Of a stretch of DNA of 64,000 nt, positions 8,093-17,992 are shown piece after piece. The stretch's first letter is position 1, and the number at the start of each line of letters is the position of its first letter. Source of the DNA: Bacillota bacterium (lineage in GTDB: Bacteria > Bacillota > Sulfobacillia > Sulfobacillales > Sulfobacillaceae); contig JAJYHT010000031.1 of NCBI GenBank assembly GCA_021784595.1, forward strand, positions 6 to 64,005, given 5' to 3'. Under the pieces are notes generated by a model. The model was not told where the DNA came from. It did no database searches and saw only the letters and a list, made by a program, of their open reading frames with translations. A program made the position numbers and the translations under genes.

Positions 8093-9828
8093 CGCAAGGC
8101 CTCCTTTGCAGCAGGGGACCACGCTTGGTCCAAATCGAAAAACAAGCCAGCCCGTTGGCGCAAGACACTTAGTGGACCATAATCGACTAGCTGTCCATGG
8201 TCTAATACCGCTACGTGAGATAAGGCATGGAGAGTGCTCAAACGATGCGCTACCAAAATAACCGTGCGTGTTTGACACAAGGCATCGATAGTCTTTGTCA
8301 ACCAGGCTTCGCTGACCTCGTCCAAGTGAGCGCTGGGTTCATCCAACAACACGATGGGGGAATTTTTTAAAAACACACGGGCGAGCGCCAAGCGTTGCCG
8401 TTCACCGCCCGACAGCCGCACGCCGTTTTCCCCGATGGGAGTGTGCAATCCCTGAGGCAGGCGCGATATGACTTCGTCAAATCGCGCACGGGCAATCGCT
8501 TCCTCAATGTGAGCAGGGGTAGCATCGGGCTCGGCCAACTTCAGATTATCCAAAATAGTGCCTGCGAACAGATAGGGAGTTTGGCTCACATACGCCAATT
8601 GCTTATGCCACCAGTCGCGGTCCAAGTCGCCTATTGGAATGTTGCCTACCCGGACAATGCCTTCTGTGGCGGGAACAAAGCCGAGCAATAACGATAATAA
8701 AGTAGTTTTGCCACTGCCGGTGGGTCCTACCAGCGCCAGTGAAGATTGCGGCGGTATAGACAAATTGATGGCTTTTACGGCGTAGGGTGCGTTCTCACGA
8801 TAGCGGAAGGAACAGGATTCGAAGGACAGAGGCCAGGGCCCGTCGCCGACGGGTATCGAACGGCCAGTGCCTTTGGCCCACTCGGGGCGGTCCAGCATGT
8901 CAAAAATACGGCTGGCGGCGGCCAGCCCATTTAACCCATCATGAAACTTGGCGCCTAAGGCTCGCCATGGTGCATAAAAGTCAGGAACCAAGACCAACAA
9001 AAAGAAGGATTCCTCAAATCCAATATGACCGCCGATGAGACGTAGTCCGATCCCTACCGCGACCATGGCCATGCTTAAGGAAGCCAAAAGTTCTAATACC
9101 AGGCCAGACAAAAAGGCCAAACGCAAGGTCGCCATCGTACTCTTGCGAAAAGACTCCGCAGCCATGCCAATCGCAGTTTCTTGCTGTCGGCTTTGACCAA
9201 AAATTTTTAACGTTTCGAGTCCCTGAACGATGTCCAAAAAGTGAGAGCCTAGACGCCCAAGAGTGGCCCAACGCTTTTCGGTTTCCCTTTGCGCTTGGCG
9301 TCCAATCAAGATCATAAAGAAGGGGATTAAGGGCACTGTCACAAGTAAGATGGCGGCAGTTATCCAGTCGGTGAAAATTACTTTGATTCCGATAATGAGG
9401 GGAATCATCGCCGTCAGCACCATCTGCGGAAGATAGCGGGCCAAAAAAGTTTCTAGGTTGTCGACGCCTTGGATGACCGTATTGATCAGTTCACCTATAT
9501 GGTCTTGGGTCCATACCAACGGTCCGGTGTTTGCTAGTTTTTGTAACAATCGTCTGCGCAACGAGGATTCGACTCCCGTTGAAAGATTAAGCGACGCGGT
9601 TTCTGTAAGTCCTGCAATGACGGATCGGGTCAATAAAATCGCCAACAAAATAGCAATCCAGGGTGCAATGGTCTGCCAACTGGCATGGTGAATATAGACG
9701 GCTGCGACCACTTGAGCCAAAAAACCCGCTTCTAAAACGATTAGGATGCCGGATGCCAGGCCATAGCCAGCTACCGTGGCTAATAGCCACCTAACCGGTC
9801 GCACTTCTTTGATTAAGCGTTGATACAT
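8089..9828 (-). CDS. cydD: thiol-reductant ABC exporter subunit CydD (fused TMD-NBD)
   Basis: 579 aa. GPTGSGKTT, LSGGERQRLALAR, VLLDEPSAHLD. First gene of a pair divergent from cydAB. Which gene is D and which is C was assigned by gene order only. Confidence 0.85.
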   Translation of the reverse strand: MYQRLIKEVRPVRWLLATVAGYGLASGILIVLEAGFLAQVVAAVYIHHASWQTIAPWIAILLAILLTRSVIAGLTETASLNLSTGVESSLRRRLLQKLANTGPLVWTQDHIGELINTVIQGVDNLETFLARYLPQMVLTAMIPLIIGIKVIFTDWITAAILLVTVPLIPFFMILIGRQAQRETEKRWATLGRLGSHFLDIVQGLETLKIFGQSRQQETAIGMAAESFRKSTMATLRLAFLSGLVLELLASLSMAMVAVGIGLRLIGGHIGFEESFFLLVLVPDFYAPWRALGAKFHDGLNGLAAASRIFDMLDRPEWAKGTGRSIPVGDGPWPLSFESCSFRYRENAPYAVKAINLSIPPQSSLALVGPTGSGKTTLLSLLLGFVPATEGIVRVGNIPIGDLDRDWWHKQLAYVSQTPYLFAGTILDNLKLAEPDATPAHIEEAIARARFDEVISRLPQGLHTPIGENGVRLSGGERQRLALARVFLKNSPIVLLDEPSAHLDEVSEAWLTKTIDALCQTRTVILVAHRLSTLHALSHVAVLDHGQLVDYGPLSVLRQRAGLFFDLDQAWSPAAKEALR

Positions 9829-10110
9829 AGCCTGGGCGCCGCCTTTCGTCTTCTCTTTCCCTCATGCTAGCGGGCTATTGAATATTGTGCAACTTGACGG
9901 CGTTTAATATTACACAGAAAAACCCGTAAGCCACCAAGATTCTAGGAATTTTGGACCCCTTGATTTTGGGACTATTGGCCCCTATAAAGGACCAATGGTC
10001 TATGCAAAAGTTTGGTCATACGGCTACGCCAAAGCAGTCCTAATGAATGATGCAATGGTGAAGCGAATGTTAGACGATTGTGACAGGAATCATCAAAAGG
10101 AGGCCGAGTC

Positions 10111-11505
10111 ATGAGCCAACTTGGATTAGCGCGATTGCAGTTTGGAGTCACAACGGTTTACCACTTCTTCTTTGTGCCCATAACCATCGGTTTGGCGGTT
10201 TTGCTGGCCATTCTGGAATCAATGTATGTAGCGACCGGAAACGAAGATTATAAAATATTGACCAAGTTCTGGGGCAAGTTGTTTCTTATCAACTTTGCGG
10301 TCGGTGTCGTTACCGGTATTCTGCAGGAGTTTCAGTTTGGATTGGATTGGGCTAATTACTCACGGTTTGTGGGCGACATCTTTGGAGCTCCCTTGGCTAT
10401 CGAGGCATTGGCCGCATTCTTTTTAGAGTCGACATTTATTGGCATTTGGCAATTTGGTTGGGAACAGGTCTCAAAAAGAGTGCACTTGTTGGCCATCTGG
10501 ATGGTGGCTCTGGGTACGACCTTGTCAGGATTTTGGATTCTCACCGCCAACTCCTTTATGCAAGAGCCTGTTGGCTATATGCTGGTGAACGGAAAAGCAG
10601 AAATGAAGAGCTTTGGGGATCTGTTAGTCAACCCGCAGTTGTGGGTGGAATTTCCCCATACCATTGTTGCCGCCTATTTAACCGCAGCGGTCTTTATGTT
10701 GGCGATTTCCGCCTATCAAATTCTTCATCACCGCAATCCCGAACTGTTTAAAAAATCTTTTAAACTGGCTTCCGTCGCAGTTTTGGTTACGGGGATTGCA
10801 GTGGCCCTCATAGGTGATCAGCAAGCCACGCACTTGGTTACGGCGCAACCGATGAAGATGGCAGCTGCCGAAGCTATTTGGCAAAACACGCCAAACCACG
10901 CTCCTTGGACCGTGATTGGCGTGGTAGACAGTAAGACGCATAAAATTCAGGATGCGGTGCAAATACCGGATCTGTTGTCTATCTTGGCGTACAAACACTT
11001 GTCAGGCTCCCTGCAAGGGATGAATACCTTGCAAGCAAAAGATGTCCAGCAATATGGTCAAGGAAATTATGTACCGCCCGTCGCGCCGACGTTTTATGCT
11101 TTCCGCGTCATGATCTTGATGGGTGTGCTCATGATTTTGGCCGGTTTGTGGGCGACTATTCGCTTGCGGGGAGAGAAATTTTTAGACAATCGACGGTTGT
11201 TGAAGGTGATGATCTGGACGCTTCCCATGCCATATATCGCAAACGCCTCCGGATGGATTATGACCGAGGTGGGGCGCCAGCCATGGGTGGTTTATGGACT
11301 TTTGTCCACGGCGCGCGGGGTCTCGCCCGCCGGCACTGTGCCAGCTTTCGATATCTGGACTTCGTTGGTGCTCTTTTCCGCTATCTATACGGCACTTGCG
11401 GTGGCGGCGGTATTTCTCTTCAAGAAGTATACCGATTTGGGCGCCACGCCGGCCAAAGCACCGGTTGAGTCGGGCGAAGATGGATATCTGCACGTGGTGA
11501 GCTGA
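10111..11505 (+). CDS. cydA: cytochrome bd ubiquinol oxidase subunit I (short Q-loop type)
   Basis: 464 aa. LARLQFGVTTVYHFFFVP, GILQEFQFG, EALAAFFLESTF, GWIMTEVGRQPW. AAGGAGG RBS. Confidence 0.95.
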   Translation: MSQLGLARLQFGVTTVYHFFFVPITIGLAVLLAILESMYVATGNEDYKILTKFWGKLFLINFAVGVVTGILQEFQFGLDWANYSRFVGDIFGAPLAIEALAAFFLESTFIGIWQFGWEQVSKRVHLLAIWMVALGTTLSGFWILTANSFMQEPVGYMLVNGKAEMKSFGDLLVNPQLWVEFPHTIVAAYLTAAVFMLAISAYQILHHRNPELFKKSFKLASVAVLVTGIAVALIGDQQATHLVTAQPMKMAAAEAIWQNTPNHAPWTVIGVVDSKTHKIQDAVQIPDLLSILAYKHLSGSLQGMNTLQAKDVQQYGQGNYVPPVAPTFYAFRVMILMGVLMILAGLWATIRLRGEKFLDNRRLLKVMIWTLPMPYIANASGWIMTEVGRQPWVVYGLLSTARGVSPAGTVPAFDIWTSLVLFSAIYTALAVAAVFLFKKYTDLGATPAKAPVESGEDGYLHVVS

Positions 11506-11545
11506 AAACAGCAGGATGTGCGTGATACAGGGAGGAGGGGTCCTC

Positions 11546-12553
11546 ATGAACCTAAATGTGTTGTGGTTTGTCCTAATAGGAGTACTTTTTGTAGGATACT
11601 TCTTTTTAGAGGGTTTCGATTACGGTGTCGGAATGATTTATCAATTTCTTGGGCATTCAGACACCGAGCGACGTGTCGCCTTAAACGCCATTGGCCCCAC
11701 TTGGGGGGCTAATGAGGTGTGGTTGATTACAGCTGGAGGAGCTATTTTCGCAGCATTTCCAGAATGGTATGCCACCCTATTTAGCGGGTTTTATCTGGCT
11801 TTAGTGCTGATGCTGTTGGGTTTAATCGCCCGGGGCGTGGCGTTGGAGTATCGCAGCCGCCACGACAACCCGGGGTGGCGGCGCATGTGGGATTGGGCGT
11901 TGACGATAGGCAGTTTCATTCCTGCTCTGTTGTGGGGGGTGGCGGTAGCCAATTTAGTGCGCGGGGTGCCGATTAATAGCCAAATGAACTTTACTGGCAA
12001 CCTGCTGACGCTGTTGAATCCCTACGCCTTGTGGTCAGGGTTAGCCATGGTGGTAGTCTTCTTGGCCCACGGAGCCTATTTTCTTAGCATGAAGACCAGA
12101 GGCATGATAAGTTATCGTGCCAAACAAGTGGTTAAACCGCTGGGCTATGGTGCCGTGGCCATGGTGCTGGTGCTGTTATTGTGGACCGCGACTTTAAAAG
12201 ATTTGCGGCTTGCCGCAGTTCCGGCGCTGGTCGGTTTGGCAGCTCTAATCCTCATAGCGGCAGCGGTGGTGGCGATGACAAAAAATCGCATCCGGTGGGC
12301 GTTTTTCCTTCACGGCGCCGGCATTGCGCTTTTAACGGTGTCATTTTTTGCCGCCATGTTCCCGCGGGTAATGATTTCCAGTTTAAACCCACAGTGGAGT
12401 CTTACCATCTACAATGCGGCATCCAATAGCTATACCTTGCAGGTGATGACTATTGTGGCCTTGACGATGGTGCCGATTGTGCTGGCATATCAGGTGTGGA
12501 CTTATTGGATTTTTCGTCGGCGAGTGGGCACCAAAAGCTTCATGGAATATTGA
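11546..12553 (+). CDS. cydB: cytochrome bd ubiquinol oxidase subunit II
   Basis: LEGFDYGVGM, GPTWGANEVWLITAGGAIFAAFP. Start taken at ATG 11546, downstream of GGAGGAGGGG. Confidence 0.92.
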   Translation: MNLNVLWFVLIGVLFVGYFFLEGFDYGVGMIYQFLGHSDTERRVALNAIGPTWGANEVWLITAGGAIFAAFPEWYATLFSGFYLALVLMLLGLIARGVALEYRSRHDNPGWRRMWDWALTIGSFIPALLWGVAVANLVRGVPINSQMNFTGNLLTLLNPYALWSGLAMVVVFLAHGAYFLSMKTRGMISYRAKQVVKPLGYGAVAMVLVLLLWTATLKDLRLAAVPALVGLAALILIAAAVVAMTKNRIRWAFFLHGAGIALLTVSFFAAMFPRVMISSLNPQWSLTIYNAASNSYTLQVMTIVALTMVPIVLAYQVWTYWIFRRRVGTKSFMEY

Positions 12554-12759
12554 ACTGCACTCTCGACCGCCCGAGCGCCCCGTTGATGTCAACCAACGCG
12601 GCGCTCCTCATTTTTCGCGAGTCGCCAGACTGACCATACCCACATTGCCCTGGATTGGATCAGATGGATGAAGAGGGACCCGGCCTAAACCTTTTAATGC
12701 GTCGCCAATCATGTTAGGCTTGAATTGTCGGCAAGGACTCAACGAGCGGGAGTAGATGG

Positions 12760-14142
12760 ATGTTCAATCCGAGCAATGCAGCGAGAGGCTGGCGGTACCG
12801 GATTACTGCCACTGTTTTGGCTATGGCCGGAGTGCTTGCCACCATTGTGGTTTATAAACACTACATTATGAATTTGCATCATATTCATGGTGACAAGCTG
12901 TTGTATTTGGCAGTGGTGTTGATATTTTTCACCGGCGTGTTCTCCTTTGTAGTGTTCGGTTTATTGGAAGGACAGCAACGGCGTTTAGCTGAGGTCAACA
13001 ATGAACTGCAGCGCCAGCGCGACATTTTGCAAGGATTGTGGGACGCCACCGGCGTGGTGGCTAGTCTTCCGGAGATGGATGGTGTGCTGCAACGCATTGT
13101 GGATGTCTCCAGGCCATTATTTGGCGCCGAATACGCTGCCTTGGGGGTCTTGAACGAGGATGAACCAACCCGCATTCGTCAATTCATTACATCGGGGTTG
13201 TCGGAAGAAATGCGCAAGGCTATTGGAGACTTGCCAAAAGGGCACGGACTTTTAGGCGAAGTGATTCGAACCAAACAAGTTTTACGTCTGGCCGATTTGG
13301 CGTTGCATCCCGCATCGTCGGGATTTCCGCCTCATCACCCGGCCATGACAAGTTTTTTAGGCGTGCCGTTGCTTTACCGAGGGGTCATTGTTGGGCATCT
13401 TTATCTAACGAACAAGCATGGCGGCTTCACCGCTCAAGACGAGATGCTGGCTCAACTGTTTGCCCGGCAAGCGGCAGTGGTGATTTCTAACGCCCGGTTG
13501 TATCAGGGACGGGAAGAGTGGGCGACCGTACAAGAGCGGGAACGGATTGGACGCGAGTTGCACGATGGAGTGTTGCAGACGTTGTACGGTTTGAATTTGG
13601 CTCTGGATTTCCTTTTGGACTCAGAGCAGTCTTTAAGCGATACCGCACAGCGCGAAATGACTCGAATTACCGAAACGTTAAGTCTGACCATGACCGATAT
13701 TCGCATGTATATTCAAAGTTTAGGATCGTCACCAGTGGACTTTCAAGTAGCCGTAAAGGATATGTTGCAGCGCTCGGGAGGATTGCAGGATATCCAACTG
13801 GAATTCCTTGATTCAGAATATCTTTCGCTCAACCCTGAATTGATTCATGATCTGGTGATGTCGATTCAAGAAGCGGTGTCCAACGCCCGTCGGCATGGTC
13901 AGGCAGACCACATCGCGGTCGGTTGGAAGTCTCCCGAGGGGCCATATTTTTTGGTGTGGGTCAAAGACAATGGGGTAGGGTTTGATGCCACAATCAGTCC
14001 GCGGGAGAACCATTTTGGGCTAACCAATATGCAACGTCGTACCGAACAGTGGCACGGCGAGGTCCGGTTGCAAAGCCAGCCTGGGCAGGGAACCACGGTA
14101 GAATTCCGGATTCCTAAAATCGGCGACGCTCAATTGATGTAG
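12760..14142 (+). CDS. membrane GAF-domain sensor histidine kinase (HisKA_3/NarX-type)
   Basis: Two N-terminal TM helices. GAF-like block (HPASSGFPPHHPAMTSFLGVPLLYRG). H-box ERERIGRELHDGVLQ. HATPase N and G boxes. Confidence 0.9.
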   Translation: MFNPSNAARGWRYRITATVLAMAGVLATIVVYKHYIMNLHHIHGDKLLYLAVVLIFFTGVFSFVVFGLLEGQQRRLAEVNNELQRQRDILQGLWDATGVVASLPEMDGVLQRIVDVSRPLFGAEYAALGVLNEDEPTRIRQFITSGLSEEMRKAIGDLPKGHGLLGEVIRTKQVLRLADLALHPASSGFPPHHPAMTSFLGVPLLYRGVIVGHLYLTNKHGGFTAQDEMLAQLFARQAAVVISNARLYQGREEWATVQERERIGRELHDGVLQTLYGLNLALDFLLDSEQSLSDTAQREMTRITETLSLTMTDIRMYIQSLGSSPVDFQVAVKDMLQRSGGLQDIQLEFLDSEYLSLNPELIHDLVMSIQEAVSNARRHGQADHIAVGWKSPEGPYFLVWVKDNGVGFDATISPRENHFGLTNMQRRTEQWHGEVRLQSQPGQGTTVEFRIPKIGDAQLM

Positions 14143-14173
14143 CGGTGTAGGAGAGAAAGGGGTAGGCGTATTT

Positions 14174-14827
14174 ATGCCTGAAGAAATAATTCGCGTAGTG
14201 ATTGTAGATGATCACGAAGTCGTGCGGGTAGGGTTGAAAAACCTTATCGATTTGCAGCCTGACCTGACGGTAGTGGGCGATTATGCGACGGGACAAGAGG
14301 CCATCGACAAGGTTCCCCATCACGCCGATGTGGTGGTGTTGGACGTGCGCCTGCCGGACAAGAGTGGTTTTGAGGTGTGTCGGGAAATCAAGGAACAGGA
14401 CATGAATGTCCAAATTATCATGTTAACCTCGTTTGGACAGGACGAAATGGTGCTAGACGCCATAAATGCGGGCGCATCAGGATATTTGCTGAAAGAAGCC
14501 CGCGGGCATACGGTGATTGAAGGCATTCGGACCGTAGCGCAGGGAGGATCGTTGTTTAGTCCGCAAGTAACCGGGGCATTGTTCCAACGGTTGCGCTCAA
14601 TGCACGGCTCGGCTGATCCGATTGAAGAGTTGACTGAAAACGAGAAGAAAATCTTGTCGTTTGTGTCGCAAGGGAAAACCAACCGCGAAATCGGCCAGGA
14701 ATTGTTTCTGAGCGAAAAGACCATCAAACATTATGTGAGTAGTATTTTGAGCAAGCTGGGTTATACCCGGCGCTCCGAAGCTGCCGCGCATTTCGCGCGA
14801 TACCAAGCGGATCGCCGCCGTTCTTAG
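14174..14827 (+). CDS. NarL/LuxR-family response regulator
   Basis: REC domain (VVIVDDH, VVVLDVRLPD) plus a LuxR HTH (LTENEKKILSFVSQGKTNREIGQELFLSEKTIKHYVSSIL). Confidence 0.92.
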   Translation: MPEEIIRVVIVDDHEVVRVGLKNLIDLQPDLTVVGDYATGQEAIDKVPHHADVVVLDVRLPDKSGFEVCREIKEQDMNVQIIMLTSFGQDEMVLDAINAGASGYLLKEARGHTVIEGIRTVAQGGSLFSPQVTGALFQRLRSMHGSADPIEELTENEKKILSFVSQGKTNREIGQELFLSEKTIKHYVSSILSKLGYTRRSEAAAHFARYQADRRRS

Positions 14828-14837
14828 GGATCATTGA

Positions 14838-14954
14838 TCAATGGTGATGGGTGAGTCGATAGATGCCCCAGATAACCAGTGCCCAAATTCCGACTTGCCA
14901 TAGCCCCATGGCAAGCCATGCGTTCATATGGCTGAGCGTTTGCCAGGCCATCAT
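14838..14954 (-). CDS. possible 38-aa single-TM peptide
   Basis: MMAWQTLSHMNAWLAMGLWQVGIWALVIWGIYRLTHHH, preceded by AAAGGAGG 5 nt upstream. No homology recognised. Confidence 0.25.
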   Translation of the reverse strand: MMAWQTLSHMNAWLAMGLWQVGIWALVIWGIYRLTHHH

Positions 14955-15261
14955 GGGAGCCTCCTTTTGGTCCGTTCCCAGCTGGTGATGTTTGTCTTCT
15001 TGGATTTCACTATACCAACTGGCGATGCCGTCTACAGGGCCCATACGATCCCTCCGTATGCAGAAAAGGACCCCGTTTGATGTGTCCTATCATACGAAGC
15101 CGGGCTCTTGTCGGCGTGGTCCAAAAGGTCCTGAAATTTGGGACCATTGGGTCCATTGTGTTTGGCCTTCTTCAGCATGTATATCCCTGTGTGCCGTTCT
15201 TACTCATGGCGGACATATCTTGTGGGCATTCTGGGAATCATATCCGGCGAGGTGCCCTGCT

Positions 15262-16860
15262 ATGAATCCAGAATTTAGCAAAGAACTGCAAACTCTACTA
15301 AAGCGCTTGAATCAAGATATTAACGGGTGGACGGCGGCATTGGGACAGGATCCGTCGGCCCCCGCCGATCAATATGTGCCTGGTGTGGAGGCCGCTTATC
15401 AACGCCTTAAAGCAGGCATGGGCAAAAGTTCGGATGTGCTGTTGCGAAAAATTGAGGTGCCGTCATGCCCCGCAAGTCCTGTTTTGATCGCGTGCATCGA
15501 TGGAATGGCAGATACTCAAATGGTCGACCAGGATATCATTCAGCCGTTGATGGCGACCGAGAAAGAACCCAGCACTTGGGATCGCAATACCATGACCCCG
15601 GTTCACATCACCAAAGAGACGTCCTGGCCCAAAATTTTGCAGGATTTGGCGGCTGGCAATACCATGATTTTTGCCCCTCAATTGAATTTTGTTTGGGTAG
15701 TGGACACGGTGAAATATAAGCAGCGGGCGATTGAGCGGCCACAAACTGAGCTGGCGGTGCGAGGCACTGAAGAGGCGTTCAACGAGATTCTCTTGACCCA
15801 AAAAAACCAAATTCGCCGCCATCTGCTAAGTCCTACCCTGCAGTTTCATGACGTTACCATTGGCCGGATACAGCACACCACGGTGTCAGTGGCCTATATA
15901 GAAGACGTGACTAACCCGGCTTTAGTGGACGAGGCGATTCATCGTTTGAAAGCGATAGTGATTGATGGGGCAGCCAATTCCACTACGATTGCGGGACTCA
16001 TTCGCGATCATCCCCGCTCCATATTTCCCACCATGCGCGCTACCGAGCGCGTGGACATCGTCATTTGGCGCCTGTTGGAAGGCGCCGTGGTCATTCTAAC
16101 CGAGGGCGATCCGTTTGCCCTTATCGCGCCTTCGCCGTTGGTAGACTTTTATCGCACTTCCATGGACTATTCCAGTTCCTGGATAGATAGTAGCTTTGTG
16201 CGCGTGATCCGGTTTGGTGGCTGGATTCTTGGGCTATATCTACCAGCCATGTATATCGCGTTAGCTGATGTTAACCCGAGCGTCCTACCGTCCGAACTTT
16301 TTATCGTCATGCAAGGAAGCCACGCGGGACTGCCATTTCCTCCTCCGGTTGAAATTGTACTGATGATTTTGATAATTGAGATTTTAAGGGAGGCAGCTTT
16401 ACGGTTGCCTAAACCATTAAGTACGACGTTGGGCACAGTAGGAGCGATTGTAGTGGGCACATCTGTTGTCAAGGCGGGCTTAGTTGATCCTCAAATCATT
16501 GTAATCATAACGCTTACTGCGCTGAGCCTTTTTTCCACGCCTGTCTATGAATTGACCGGGAGTTGGCGCATAGTAGGGTTTGGACTCCTGTTGGGTGGAG
16601 CATTCTTAGGTGTGTTGGGTATAGTGATTGTGACCATGATGGTTTTGGCGGTGCTGATTGACATGCAAAGCTTTGGCGCACCCTATTTTGCTCCGTGGGC
16701 ACCGTTTCGACCAAGAGATTGGAAGGACAGCATAGTACGGGTGCCATGGACTGATTTTACAACGCGTTGGCACAGTACCCGCGCGCTTCAGATTCAATGG
16801 CGGGACCCCACCAAAGTTCGCTCGCGTCCCCACTTGCTTAAGCGGAGACGTTCATCATGA
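15262..16860 (+). CDS. spore germination protein, GerA (A-subunit) family
   Basis: ELAVRGTEEAFNEILLTQKNQIRR and C-terminal TM helices are typical of GerAA/GerKA. Start taken at MNPEFSKEL (15262). The upstream 90 codons of the tracked ORF look non-coding. Confidence 0.85.
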   Translation: MNPEFSKELQTLLKRLNQDINGWTAALGQDPSAPADQYVPGVEAAYQRLKAGMGKSSDVLLRKIEVPSCPASPVLIACIDGMADTQMVDQDIIQPLMATEKEPSTWDRNTMTPVHITKETSWPKILQDLAAGNTMIFAPQLNFVWVVDTVKYKQRAIERPQTELAVRGTEEAFNEILLTQKNQIRRHLLSPTLQFHDVTIGRIQHTTVSVAYIEDVTNPALVDEAIHRLKAIVIDGAANSTTIAGLIRDHPRSIFPTMRATERVDIVIWRLLEGAVVILTEGDPFALIAPSPLVDFYRTSMDYSSSWIDSSFVRVIRFGGWILGLYLPAMYIALADVNPSVLPSELFIVMQGSHAGLPFPPPVEIVLMILIIEILREAALRLPKPLSTTLGTVGAIVVGTSVVKAGLVDPQIIVIITLTALSLFSTPVYELTGSWRIVGFGLLLGGAFLGVLGIVIVTMMVLAVLIDMQSFGAPYFAPWAPFRPRDWKDSIVRVPWTDFTTRWHSTRALQIQWRDPTKVRSRPHLLKRRRSS

Positions 16861-17951
16861 AATCACGTAGCCAGTTATTGGCGATTCTCGGGATGGGCTT
16901 GCTGCTGATTGGCATCGCAGGCTGCTGGGATGATGAGCCCGATACCCTTCGCGCCAACGCACTGATTTTAATGGTGTCACACAAGGCCGGTGAAAAATCA
17001 TGGAATTGGCGCTTTTATTTCCCTAATCCCACCGTTACGGTCAGCAGTTTGTCTCAAATCAAGCCGGAGGAAGAATTTTACACCACGTCAGTACAAGCCC
17101 CATCCCTGGAGCAAGCCTACACCCAGGTGCAGCAGCATTTGGCGCGTGATCTATATTTGGGACAACTAGAAGTCGTGATAGTTTCCGATACGCTTACTAC
17201 AAAAGATTTGGCCAGTTTTCTCAATGCGTATAATCGCGAGGGAACGTTGCCCAAAACGGCATATATTTTGGTGGCTTCCTCTCCTTTGTCAAAAATGGCG
17301 GTTGTCACACCGCAAGTATCCATTCCCGCGGTATATTGGGAAAAATACTTTGACTGCAAAGACTGTCAGCCGGAACTTTTGGCGCACCCCATTTGGAAAG
17401 CCTGGGACGATATCGTGACCCCGGACATGTCACCAGCGATACCCTACGCAGGGTTCGATAAAATCGCTCAATTGGCGGTATATCGCAGCGTGGGATCTCC
17501 GGTAATTTTTAGTCGAACTGAAACTTTAGGGTGGGCCTACTTAATGGGAAAGGTCAAAAAAGAGTCTTTAAGCATCATCTCTCCCGTGGGGACCGTTACT
17601 TTAGGGCGCATCCATGGCACAGTTCATAGTCGGGTTGAAGCGGTGAATCAGCATTTGCAGGCGTTTGTCCAGATTCATCTTACAAGCGATGTGGCTCAGT
17701 GGGAATCTTCTGCAGCCATGACCAACAACACTCTGTCCCGTATCCAAACTTTGGCTGAACACCGTGTGTTGTTGGAGTGTATAGCGGCCATTAATAAGGC
17801 CAACATGACACATACCGATCCGTTTGGATATGGGCGGCGGCTGTCATTTGAGCAGGATGGGCCCCCATCTATGGCCCAAGTGCATTGGGAACAGATCGAT
17901 GCGCAAGTATCGGTGACGATGCAAATTCGAACAAGTGGAGGTAATGTCTAA
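16857..17951 (+). CDS. Ger(x)C-family germinant receptor lipoprotein
   Basis: ATGA overlap with gerA. Lipobox LLLIGIAGCWD. Size (364 aa) and position fit a C-subunit. Confidence 0.8.
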   Translation: MKSRSQLLAILGMGLLLIGIAGCWDDEPDTLRANALILMVSHKAGEKSWNWRFYFPNPTVTVSSLSQIKPEEEFYTTSVQAPSLEQAYTQVQQHLARDLYLGQLEVVIVSDTLTTKDLASFLNAYNREGTLPKTAYILVASSPLSKMAVVTPQVSIPAVYWEKYFDCKDCQPELLAHPIWKAWDDIVTPDMSPAIPYAGFDKIAQLAVYRSVGSPVIFSRTETLGWAYLMGKVKKESLSIISPVGTVTLGRIHGTVHSRVEAVNQHLQAFVQIHLTSDVAQWESSAAMTNNTLSRIQTLAEHRVLLECIAAINKANMTHTDPFGYGRRLSFEQDGPPSMAQVHWEQIDAQVSVTMQIRTSGGNV

Positions 17952-17992
17952 CGGGACCTGTCGAGCCAATTTCTAGAGGACAATACTTTTTG

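Noticed and set aside
8093-8278. 62-codon N-terminal extension of the cydC ORF overlapping the cydD 3' end
   Set aside because: The extension lies inside the cydD coding sequence. MKHWVHRLW at 8092 gives the usual ATGA coupling and a normal protein length.
9880-10000. Candidate operator motifs in the cydDC/cydAB-1 control region: TGTGCAA-N17-TTACACA (9886-9916) and the palindrome GACCA-A-TGGTC (9990-10000)
   Set aside because: Neither fits the Rex consensus spacing (TTGTGAA-N6-TTCACAA) and neither recurs upstream of cydAB-2. Both are too short to be significant alone.
14992-15261. 90-codon N-terminal extension of the gerA ORF
   Set aside because: The composition is Cys/Trp/His-rich and not protein-like. 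An internal ATG at 15262 with a plausible RBS gives a normal GerA-family N-terminus.
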